From: Zygnema circumcarinatum SAG 698-1b
Taxonomy: Eukaryota > Plantae > Zygnematophyceae
DNA: 64,000 nt
Reading direction: 5' to 3'
Assembly: GCA_037447605.1 (NCBI GenBank)
Contig: CM074807.1
Coordinates: 2,490,327 to 2,554,326, forward strand
Part shown: in pieces, positions 53,010 to 64,000 of the stretch
How the letters are laid out: each line of letters starts with the position of its first letter
How positions within the stretch are numbered: the first letter of the stretch is position 1
Made by a program: the position numbers and the translations under genes
The notes under the pieces: generated by a model
Told to the model about the DNA's origin: nothing
Seen by the model: only the letters and a program-made list of their open reading frames with translations
Databases searched by the model: none

Positions 53010-54207
53010 TTATTTTGACTTCTTCTTTGCCTCTCCAGCGGCCTTGTTCTGCACCACCCCCAATCACAACAACCATCGCCATGAGAAAATTTGAAAAAAA
53101 TTGAGGGGCCTTGCCAAGCACATCAAACAAGCGATAAATTACAGTTAGCAGTGCCGCGTCGGCTCGAATCAGGCCAAACCCACCTTTTTCACTCCGCGAA
53201 TTCGAATAGCACGATTCTTACGCTCCTTGATCTGCTTTCTGGACTTCGCCACCTTCGTCTCCAACCCATTCTGCAACAACATGCATCCCAAGTTCGGTTT
53301 GGCCCATCAAAAGTGCAAACCCTCTCCCAACACTAGCATTGAAAAGCAAGGTCTGAGACTAGGAGAGAGTAAAGGAAAAAGGGGAAGACGAACAGGTGCG
53401 ATACGCAAGGAAAAAATATACAGTAAACCATGACATGCTTGACTACATGTTGAGACCAAACTTCTCTTGCTCTCCTACAGGTTCAAGGAAGAACACTAAA
53501 CATACCCGGACCAACCGATATTTGGGCTCATATTTCTTGCACGCGTCCAGCGAGTCATAGATGAGGCCGAAGCCCGTCGATTTCCCTCCACCAAACTGAG
53601 TACGGAAACCAAAGACAACAATGCACTGCGGGTCCTGCTTCTCGTACATCCGGGCGATAATTTCCTTCAGCTCTGCCTGTCGACCACACCATCAATTTCT
53701 ATTCTCAGGCCAAAACTCGATAACCTCCAAATCACAGAGGCTTCAATTAGGTACTATCGCGAAAATTCACCACAGAAGGCCAATAATTGGAAGGTCAAAC
53801 CCTAAACCTTCCAGAAAAGGTCGGGGAAACCTAAAGCACCCGTAAACGTGCTCCCATCACCCATTCGATGCTCGCATAAGGAAAAATGTAAAGAAACTCT
53901 AAGGCCTCCGTCAACCCTAACGAAACCCTAGCCCTACCTTCCTTCTCTGCCAGCCCTATGACGAATAATCCCTTCCCACAGCCTGCTGGAGCTCACCTTG
54001 GACACATTCGGCCGGCCAGGATGCAGCACGTCCACAATCTGCATGACATTCCCGCCATGGCTGCCGGTTAAGCACTACTGCGCCTACTATTGCAGCAGCA
54101 GTTGCCGAGGAGAGTGCAGAACAAGAACTTACAAACTGTTTGCGCTGCAGGAGGCGGTTGGTCATGAACTTGCGCGTCCGCACTGTGCACGCCTTCGCCT
54201 CCGCCAT
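53010..54207 (-). CDS. RPS24: 40S ribosomal protein S24 (eS24), 5 exons
   Basis: [25 protein letters not shown]|[14 protein letters not shown]|[34 protein letters not shown]|[16 protein letters not shown]..|[15 protein letters not shown]. Confidence 0.97.
53797..53930 (+). promoter_or_regulatory. Telo-box motifs (AAACCCTA) in RPS24 intron 2
   Basis: AAACCCTAA at 53797-53805, AAACCCTA at 53923-53930 and AACCCTAA just before it. Telo-boxes are established elements of plant ribosomal-protein genes. Confidence 0.5.
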
Positions 54208-54451
54208 GGCTGCGGCAGGGGGAGCTGCTGGCCCTCAAAAGGATGCAGCAGGAAGAGGGCCCCTCTTCCGCCGCGCAGCCCTAAGGAGGCGACCCTCCCG
54301 CCCGCCCGACGGCCAGCCGATTGAATCGACGGCTGAGATGCATCTTCGCTGCGGGGCCCACGCTCTATGTGGTGAAAATTTGTCCCGTTGAACTGAGCGC
54401 AGATTGCGCGCATGGAGCCCTGGATAGGTCTGGCTTGGGTTCTTTTTCCTG

Positions 54452-54500
54452 CTGCTGCTGTGGCTGTGGTAGTGGTTGTGGCTGTGGCTGTGGCTGTGGC
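54452..54500 (+). repeat. (GCTGTG)n-type microsatellite upstream of the APC8 ATG
   Basis: gctgctgctgtggctgtggtagtggttgtggctgtggctgtggctgtggc read directly. Confidence 0.8.
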
Positions 54501-54521
54501 GGAAAAGCGGCTGTGGAGGCC

Positions 54522-57500
54522 ATGGCGGATGCAGCAAGCCGGCGGACGGAGCTTCGGAAAGCAGTGCGGCAGCTTCGGGAGAGGGGGCTGTATGCAGCTG
54601 CTAAGTGGTGAGGGCTGAGATGGCCCCCGTTCCTCACTTGCTGAGGACTTACAGTAGGTTGCAGCGGGATTTAAAGTTGCTAAAAGTCTCTGGTCAAGTA
54701 CCGTTTTTTGCGCGTCAGCAGGAAGGCCTTGCAAGGGTCATCGGCTTGCAATGTGCGCATTTAACATAGCTTGCACATAGCTTCATTGTGCGTTCTTAAT
54801 AGCGCATCAACAATCAAACAGACGAACCTGAATTTGGATTCTGAATATTTTTTCCAGCCTGGTAGAGGTGAATAGGCTCGAACAGCATGATCGACGTGTG
54901 GATTTATTTGATGGTGAAATTTTCGAAATTCTAGAAAGATCAGTGAGTTCAAATCAGTTGAATTGATTTAAACTATTTTATCTTGAGACAAGCCGTGTCA
55001 GCTTTTTTTATCGTCGCATGATTTTTTCAGGACGCTTACACGACTGCTGTTAGCGATGTTGTGGAAAAATGGCGCTAACTATGCTCGCACTCATCTTTCA
55101 GTCCTCTTCTTCTCTCTCAGACCCCTCGTATGATTTGCCGTGTGATAAATGCAGGGCTGCAGAGCAGCTGGTTGGGCTTCCAGAGCTTAGTCACGATAGC
55201 CTACAGATGGGCCTGAGCTCAGGTTCAAGTGTTGGGCAGAACCCTAAAGAAGAGGGATCAAGTGAGTGTCCACCTGGAGCGCAGTTTGACACGGATGCCG
55301 TTGCTGGAAAGGATGACAATGATGAGTATGAGGAGAACGAGGAGGATGCAGTATTGCTGGGCAAGAGTCTTTTTGACATGCGGGAGTATCGACGAGCTGC
55401 TCATGCCTTGAGGGGAGTCCGTGGAAAGACAGCATTTTTCTTGCGCTCTTATGCTACATATTTGGTGAGGTGATGGTTCAACATGGGACCTTCTGATTGT
55501 CTATTGTAAAGCTATCTTGCGCCCCTGCGATCATCCTCTCTCGCTCTCTCCCTTCTCGTTTTCTTTTCTGCTTCCATACAGCAAGTTGTGAGGAAGATGT
55601 TGTAGAAATTGCATAGTGAGGCACGAGAGAAAAAAGTAATATTTGTATATATAACTGTATGGATATGTGTATCCAAAGGAAGGGACGAGCTAGCAGTCGC
55701 TGAGGGTGAAGTTGAAACCATTTTGTTTAAGGGAACTGCAAGAGCGGGCGACTGAAAAGACGGTGAAAGGGGGGAAGATGAGGAGGTGGAGAGTAGTTAA
55801 GGAAGGTGTGTGAGGGAAGGAGGCGGCAAGAGGAGGGAGACGTAGCTCGGACTAGGAGTATGGAAAAGGGAAGAAGAGTAAGGTGAGGGAGCGGCAATGG
55901 GATACACCTGATGTGAATGATGTGAAGAAGGGGAAGGAAATAACGTAAAAGTGTGTGAATAGCGAAAGCGAAGGTCCTAGGCGTAGTAACCGAGAGAAGC
56001 TGAAATCATATTCAATCATATCATATTTTTTTCGTTGCCATGCAAATTTTGAAATGCTTCTAGGGGCTGAGGTGGAACAGGCAGGGGAGAAACGTAAAGA
56101 GGAGGAGATTGTAGAGACCGCGGGATCTTTAGGAAGTGCGGACACTAGTAATTCGGAACTCCCAGCTCTGGAGCAGTCGCTTGGCGCAGCATTTTCTCAT
56201 GGCCGGTTGGATGCCTTTGGAGCCTATCTCTATGGTACTGTGCTAGCTGAAAGAGAGAGAAAAGAGGATGCCATTCAAGCGCTATGTCACAGTGTAACTT
56301 CCTTCCCCTGGAACTGGAGCGCGTGGCTGCAACTTCAGGTGGGAGCATAGCACCGCCACATGGCAGCTTGAGATGTTTGATATGAATGAATTCTTATTGG
56401 ATATAAAAACTGGAGAAAATGAGGAGCCCGTTAGAGGAAGCGCCAAAAGAAAGGAAGTAGTAAGTTGCACGAAGGGTTTTGCGTTTTGCTCGCAGAATGT
56501 ACTGGTGGACCTAACGAGTTAGTTGTCTCCCTGGGTTGTGATAACAACTCTCACTCTGGCGATTTGCCATTGGAGGTAGATAGGTGCTGTAGACATTGGC
56601 TGGACGGAGTCTTAGGTGATTGTTTGTATGCTCTGCAATGCAGGCTTTATGCACCGACACAGACACATTGGTGAATATCCAGCATCTCCTGCCTGATCAC
56701 TGGATGCGCACCTTTTTTGAAGCTTCAGTTCTCCTGGACCTGCATCGCAACAGTGAGGGCCTCACAAAGTACCGCTCTCTTCATTTGCTCTTCCCACGCA
56801 GCGATCACATCGTCGCCCAGACAGCTTTAGCACACTACAATTTGCGCGAATTTGATGAGGCGGAGAGCCTCTTTGAGGGCATGTTGAAAACAGATCCTTA
56901 TCGGATTGAGAACATGGATGTTTACTCCAACATTCTATACGTCAAGGAGTGCTTTGCGGCGCTCAGCTTTTTAGCACATAAGGTGAGGCTAAACAGCTCT
57001 AAGTTAGTCCACCATTCTGGCAGTATGGCGGCATCCAGGAGCCATGCCTGCCACGCCTGCTTGTGGAGTTGAACTTGGCTTAGTGAAGAATTGCATTGGC
57101 GTTGGCTGATGTGCAGTGTACTTGGAGAAAAGCTTCCTTGAAGAAGTTTGCTGGTACAATGGTCTGTTATGTTTCCTTTCTTCACAAGAGATAAGGTGAT
57201 GTCCATTTGATACTTGTAGAAATCGTTCGTAGTAATTGGAGACGATAAATTGGGGGTTGCATTTGCAACATCGTCGACCTTCACTGTGGCATTTGTGTGC
57301 ACGCAGAGTATCATTGTGCAGATGCGACGCTGATCATTTTTGTTTGAAGGGTCTGCCTGGCCCGATAAGGGCGCTATTTGAGCTAATGACCTCTTTTCTG
57401 TTGCTTTCTCATCACAGTTCATACTCCCGCTTACTGACGTGCCTATTGTCTCTCCTGCAGTCTGTACTGACAGATAAATACCGGCCTGAGACCTGCTGCA

Positions 57501-58585
57501 TCATTGGCAACTACTATTCTCTCAAGTCACAGCATGAAAAGGCTGTCCTTTATTTTAAGCGAGCTCTGAAGCTGAATCGTTCTTACCTTTCAGCTTGGAC
57601 GTTAATGGGCCATGAATATGTGGAACTAAAGAACACTCCGGCGGCGATCAGTGCATATCGGAGGGCAGTTGATATAAACCCAAGAGACTACCGTGCTTGG
57701 TATGGGCTTGGGCAAACATACGAGATCATGGCAATGCCATACTATGCCTTGCACTATTATAGGTGGGTCGCCTGCTGGGCATTCAGCAAATAAAAACCTT
57801 TATTTTTAGCCTTTGTTACAACCCGTATCAAAGCAATTCTTGCCTAAGTCGCTTCTTGCGCGATTATGTTTGGTTGGCACCTTTTTCCTTCCCTCCTCCC
57901 CCTGCTTATCGATCACTGCTATTGCAGATGTGCCACGCAGCTTCGGCCGGGCGATGCGCGGATGTGGTGCGCCATGGGCATGTGCTATGAAAGCGAGGCC
58001 CTGTCCTTGCCGGCGGCAGCCATTCGCTGCTACAGACGGGCCGTACAGAGCAACGACCGGGAGGGCATCGCACTGCACAAACTTGCCAAGCTGCATGCAG
58101 CACTGGGCCAACAGCAACAGGCTGCTCACTACTTCCGGTGCGCCGCCTGCTCTTGTCACCCCAGCAGCAAGGGCAGGAGATGATTCTTCTGCATGCTGTC
58201 GAGATGACCTGCAAGTTTCGGGTTGGATTTGTTCTTTGTTAATTGCGCAGCAAGAATTTAGAGAGGATGGACGCCGAGCAGGCGGAGGGGCCAGACCTGG
58301 TTGAAGCGCTGCTGTTCCTTGGGCAGTACCTGAAGGCAAAGGGCGGCGTGCACTTATCTGAGGCAGAGCACCTGTGCACTCGCCTGCTCGACTATCCGGG
58401 CCCGGTGAGCACCACCTCCAACTGACCCACCTCCCTGCACCCTCACATTTCGCCCTGCATGAGATGATCTGAAAGTGGGTCTGCGTTTGCAGGCCAAGGA
58501 GGATGCAAAAGCGCTGCTCCGGGAAATCCACAGCATGCGCCAACATCTTGCGGCTCGAGTCGACCCGGAGGCTGCTCCATCTTAG
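54522..58585 (+). CDS. APC8: Anaphase-promoting complex subunit 8 (CDC23), TPR protein
   Basis: [19 protein letters not shown]|[105 protein letters not shown], stop TAG at 58585. Confidence 0.96.
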
Positions 58586-59639
58586 CAGCGCCATCATAGT
58601 TTTTGTACAATTGTCTATAGCTCCATTGGAATGTGATGAGCCTGCCAACACCAATTGCTTACCTCATGTGCGGCTCAACTCAATATCCTGTAAAGCGAAT
58701 TTCGAATGAGAATCAGATCTGTTATCCTGGAACCAATGCTGCTCCTTATCACAAGGGATGGGCTTGTTTGTGGGTCAAATCTGGGTACGCGTGGCTGGCC
58801 CTAAGGAGTAAGGAAACCACGTAGTGTTGTGGCCCGAGCAGCCGCGTACAATCCGGCACAACGCGAAGCATCTGGTCGTGGACTAGAGCTGTTCAGCCGA
58901 ACAGAGACGAGATCGTGCATGACTGCGGCTAGCGGCGACCTTGTTTGGAATGCCATCCTATTCAAAGTTTCGAGTGGCGACTACCGCTGCTCGTCCTCAC
59001 CGAGAAGCGTCCAGGGGCTCTCATAAACGTTGATCGCGGACAGGCGCACCTGCGCCGTTGGATCGTACGTGTCCGACAATCACTCTTGCGTCGCTTGTCT
59101 GCGTGCCCGGAGAATTTGCACCGTTGGATTTTCCTTCTTCAAATCGACGCCGTTGGCTGGTTGACAGTCGACCGACGCAACTGCCGCCGTCAGGTTTGCG
59201 CGATCCGTGGACGCACTCACCCGCCCTCGCCCTCGCGTTGGACGCTTGGCAAGCTCCACCGTCCGTCGCCCTCGTCCGTACACGTGGCTGGCTCGTCAAC
59301 AAGGTCTTCGACTTCGAGACTCGAGAGGCGCCCCCCGTACGGCCGAAGATCTTCGAACCACCACTGCCGTACGGCACTCTCGCAGCGCCCTCTCTGCGCT
59401 GCGCCACGTGGACGGCGGCCCGAGCAGCCCCCTTGCCGGTCGCCGCGTGTCGCGTGGAGGGCGGACGCGTCGCCGCGTGGCGCTCCCCAGCGTCCGCACC
59501 TCGCTTGTCGCGATGGCCGGCGGCCGTTTGTCGCCTTGTGCCCTCCTCCTCGACCCTAGGGCTCGCTCATTCACTAGGGCCGCATCCAGGGCAGGGCAGA
59601 GCAGGGGCCTTGCAAGCAGCAGCTGTAGCAGCAGCAGCA

Positions 59640-59790
59640 GCAGGAGGGAGGTGGAGGGAGGACGAAGACGAGCAGGAGGAGGGAAAAGGAGGAAGGAGGA
59701 GGAGGGAGAGGAGGAGGAGGAGGGGAGGAGGTTAGAGGAGGAAGGAGGAGGAGGAGGAGGAGGAGGGAGAGGAGGAGAAGGAGGAGTCGC
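59640..59790 (+). repeat. (GGA)n purine-rich tract upstream of the SPS ATG
   Basis: Near-pure G/A run with many GGAGGA units, read directly. Confidence 0.85.
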
Positions 59791-59838
59791 TTGTTGCTTA
59801 CTCCCTTGCTCGCAAGTGGGAAAGGGTGGGGAGACGAG

Positions 59839-62800
59839 ATGGCGAACGATTGGATTGGAGGCTATTTGGACGCCATGATGGACAGCGGTTCAGGGCTGCA
59901 TGAGAAGAAAGGGGAGATGGAGAGAGAAACCCATGAAAAGTTTGCAACGACGAGGTATTTCATGAAGGAAATCACAGGCTCGAACGAGGAAGAACTGCAT
60001 CGGACTTGGTTGAAGGTGAGTAATGCTATTGATGGCATGGAATGGAGTGGACAGGACTGGAGAGGAACGGGGAGAATTGCGTGTACGGTCTTTAATCAGA
60101 GATTGAGGTTGTGGAAAACCCTTTTTTCGTGCAGGCAACGGCGTTGAAGAATGCTCACGAGCGAGGAACACGAGTGGAGAATTTATGCTGGCGTATTTGG
60201 CACATCACAAGGAAGAAGAAGCAGGTCAGTCGCCAGTTATTGGCGAGGGGAAATTCTTGAGCACAGCACGCGGTGCTGCTGAACGCCAGTTTCTTTGGAA
60301 AGGATGACTTATTCAGATTCTGTGTCGTTTTGAATGCCGTGTAAATCGTTATGGTGCTGGTTGTAGATGAAATGGGAAGACGCCCAACGGCTTGCCCACC
60401 GCCAGCTCGAGATCGAGGAAGGGCGACTTGACGCTTCGGAGGATATGGCAGAAGATATGATGGAAGACAGTGACAAGGCTGACCTGCCGTCGGACTCTAC
60501 AGCTGTACCTGGCGCCACTAGTCAAGCCGGAGATGAAAGAAACAACATTTCTGAAGGACAGGAGAAGCGGCTGTATGTGGTCATGATCAGGTATGCGTTC
60601 ATAGAACAGCTGGAAAGGTGTGCCAGTGCACTTGTTTTTGATAAGTGACTGATGCAGGCACTAACTCTCGATCAGAGCGTTAATTTTCCTTGCAGTTTAC
60701 ACGGACTTGTTCGCGGCGACAATATGGAACTTGGCCGGGACTCCGATACTGGTGGTCAGGTGCATTCTCTATTTTACCCTGCAAGCACCGAGGACCTAGT
60801 TTTAAGATCTCATAGCCTAGATGTGCTTTTTATCTTGCACAAATCGAGAATGTACTTACCTGCCTCACGCGTTTGTCAAGAGGGTCAGTTTATAGTTCCA
60901 GAGCATCCAAGAATTGTGTGAACATGGTGGAGAATGAATAAAATGTTTTCTTTCCGCTGCTGAAATCATTCTGGGTTCGTTCCTGGCGCGTAAAGGTTAA
61001 ATATGTTGTGGAGTTCGCGCGCGCACTTGCGACTATGCCCGAAGTGTATCGTGTGGACCTCCTTACTCGACAGATACTTTCAAGCGAGGCAGGTTCCTGT
61101 ACCCTCCATAACCTGTTACTGCAAGGAAACTAATAAAGCAGGAGCGTCGTCTTTTTTTGTTTAAGTGAAAATCCTTAGTCATTGGTCAGCAGTTAGTGTC
61201 AAGAATTGGTCGGCACTGGGCAGCACCTTTCCTGAACACACGTTGTGCACATCCTGCAGGTTGATTGGAGCTATGGGGAGCCTACAGAGATGTTGTCAAC
61301 AGGTGCATATGAGATTGAAGGGGGTGGAGAGAGTGCCGGGGCCTATATCGTGCGCATCCCGTGCGGGCCACGCGAGAAGTACATTCCCAAGGAACAACTT
61401 TGGCCATGCGTTCCCGAGTTTGTTGACGGGGCACTGGCACACATTGTCCACATGTCCCGTGTTTTGGGAGATCAGATTAATGATGGAGAGCCAGTGTGGC
61501 CGCACATGATTCATGGACACTATGCTGATGCCGGGGATATCGCAGCACTCTTGTCAGGGGCACTCAATGTCCCTATGATTCTAACAGGGCACTCGCTTGG
61601 ACGCAATAAACTGGAGCAGCTTCTGAAGCAGGGAAGGCAGAGCCCGGAAGACATCAATGCAACCTACAAAATTATGAGACGTATAGAGGCGGAAGAATTT
61701 TCTCTTGATTCCGCTGAGCTTGTCGTCACAAGTACTCGTCAGGAAATAGACCAGCAATGGGGACTCTATGATGGTTTTGATGTAAAACTTGAACGCGTTC
61801 TGAGAGCACGTGCGAAGCGCGGTGTGAGTTGCCATGGCAGATTCATGCCCCGCATGACGGTAAGCTTTTTGAAGCAAGTTATTACCTTACTTCCGGTTAG
61901 ACAGTCCCGAATAAGCTCTTTGTTGCATTAAACTTCTTCCGTCGCATGAATGTAATGGCAGAAGAGTGTATGCGTTATCGTGCATTGAGAACGTAAATAT
62001 GCCAATTGTAAGGTGATGCCTCGTCTAACTCTGTTCGAAACTTCCTTGCTTGCAGGTTATTCCACCTGGAATGGATTTCAGCCATGTAACCGTCGAAACA
62101 GGTGACTTATCAGGAAACACTGATATGCTTACTGAAACGCCTACCTCTCCCAGGCCTGACCCTCCCATTTGGGCGGAGGTATGTGCTAGATAGAGACATT
62201 ACTTTTTTTTCCAAAAAAAGTAATTGAACAGTTTTTAGATGCACTACACTGGCGCTTCTGTATTGGGTATCAACCAGAGGAAGTTGTTTTAGACGAACTG
62301 ATGAGGTTTATCCACCGACGACGAGCTTGTCGTAGACATGGTCTATTGACAACTTGGTTCTATTGAATGTTGGCACAGGTGATGCGCTTCTTGAGCAACC
62401 CACACAAGCCAATTATCTTGGCACTCGCCCGGCCAGACCCCAAAAAAAATCTGGTGGCACTTGTGAAAGCTTACGGCGAATGCAAGCCTTTGCGTGAGCT
62501 TGCAAATATGGTATAATTTTCACCCAAGTAATCTGTCGAGAATCTTTCTGAAAGCAATGTTGTACAGCTATTAGCTACTGCTGTGCATGTTGACCTTCGC
62601 ACCCAACATTGGTGGAGCGTTACAAATTAATTTCTTGAGCATTCTGAGTGTTATGCAGGTTCTAATCATGGGCAATCGAGATGACATTGACGAGATGTCA
62701 AGTGCCAATGCTGAGGTGTTGACAACGGTGCTGAAGCTAATTGATCGCTATGATATGTACGGCCAAGTATCTTATCCTAAGCACCACAGGCAGAACGATG

Positions 62801-64000
62801 TCCCAGAGATATATCGACTCGCAGCAAAATCCAAGGTCCTTCCCTCAATGTCTCCCTCGAACACTGTTTCCAGCATTGTTCTGCTCGGCTCGCTACGCAG
62901 CACTACCTTTTTTTTTTTTTAGACTGGAGCTAAGCAAATTTTGCATGCTTTGAGCAGGGTGTTTTTGTGAATCCCGCTCTCGTGGAACCATTCGGCTTGA
63001 CTTTGATTGAGGTAAGCCTGAGATCCCTGAGCGCATTGGTCATCACAAAGATCTCAAAGGGGATGCATTGATCCAAGAAGGCACTGAAACAAGGATTCTG
63101 TGCCAAAAAAAGGGGGCAATTTCTAGTGTACTTTCCCGGCCTGTCTTATCTCCCTGTCTTCTCGTGATCCTTATCAAACCGTTAGCATCTGTATGCCTCT
63201 CTGTTGACTGTGGGACTGTCCTTAGTACCTGCATTTGCTGTCTTACATACTGCGTTCTTCCTGCACTGCCCGTCTGCACAAGCGGCACACATTGGGCGAG
63301 GTGCTCCTGTGGCTCGGCTGTCGTTTAGTGATACGATGTTTTTTGGGAAATGGGATATGCAGGCAGCTGCTTACGGCCTTCCTATGGTGGCTACTAAGAA
63401 CGGAGGTCCAGTGGACATTGCGAAGGTGCGGTTAACAAAAAACAAACGCTAGTTTGTTAGAACGCTCTAGTATCACCCTTGAAAAGAGTTGCTTAATACC
63501 CGGTAACTGAATGTGCTGCACCCTCGTTAGCTATGATATTCATTCATTTGCAATAGTATATAACTGTGATCTGGAATCTCATCGACATTAACTCTCGCCA
63601 GCTGACTCAAGGTCAAAGGTCGAAATACAGCCAACAGACCAATGGAAGAGGGAAGACAGATTCTCAGACCCAGACCGAAAGATTTCACTCAATTCTGAAA
63701 TGGTGCTGTGCTGCAGGCCTTGAGCAATGGAGTGCTCATAGATCCTCACGACCAAGCTGCTATTGCAGAAGCTCTGCTGAAACTCATTGGTGATCGTGCA
63801 ACTTGGGATACATGTCACAAGAACGGGCTCCGCAACATCCACCTGTACAGCTGGCCTGAACACTGTAGAACCTATTTGTCAAAAGTGGCCATGTGTCGAC
63901 TCCGTCATCCAGTTTGGCGAGGGGATGCGATTTGGGATGGGGGGGATGCCGAGTCACACGGGGACTCTTTACGAGATGTTCGCGACTTGTCGTTGGCCCT
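59839..64000 (+). CDS. SPS: Sucrose-phosphate synthase, 5' part; runs off the right edge
   Basis: [46 protein letters not shown]|[75 protein letters not shown]|[19 protein letters not shown]. Confidence 0.97.

Noticed and set aside
58945-59878. Several 200-aa ORFs upstream of SPS
   Set aside because: Expected in a GC-rich promoter with a GGA tract; low-complexity products in multiple overlapping frames.

Overview
Gene-dense, intron-rich nuclear DNA from a green plant (Viridiplantae). The ubiquitin is plant-type, and the divergence of NUP107 and SPS from land-plant sequences suggests a streptophyte alga or early-diverging lineage (inference). Genes, left to right: 5' part of a probable LRR protein (-), METTL18-like histidine methyltransferase (+), RING-PHD PHRF1-like protein (-), NUP107 (-), mitochondrial uL1 (-), hexa-polyubiquitin (+), RPL36a/eL42 (-), site-1 protease S1P/SBT6.1 (+), SERAC1-like ARM-lipase (-), PPOX1/PDX3 NAD(P)HX epimerase-PNP oxidase fusion (+), RPS24 (-), APC8/CDC23 (+) and the 5' part of sucrose-phosphate synthase (+). 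Exon structures were traced by eye and all protein comparisons are from memory, not database searches. The main accessory zone is 10.87-13.43 kb. It holds a ~1.1 kb array of palindromic 17-bp units with an internal inversion, a decayed Mutator/FAR1-type transposase, a relic MITE copy, and a 414-bp foldback element with a 9-bp TSD. The loop of that foldback is complementary to the 26 nt spanning the NUP107 stop codon. Other notable items are an intact TA-flanked pogo-like MITE, a U12-type 5' splice site in NUP107, two well-supported and one probable GC-AG introns, an intronic hexamer gradient ending in (CCCTAA)n, an ABC-ABC pattern in polyubiquitin, four consecutive divergent gene pairs, and a 364-bp ~93%-identical duplication across a 100-N gap. 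No tRNA, rRNA or CRISPR array was found.
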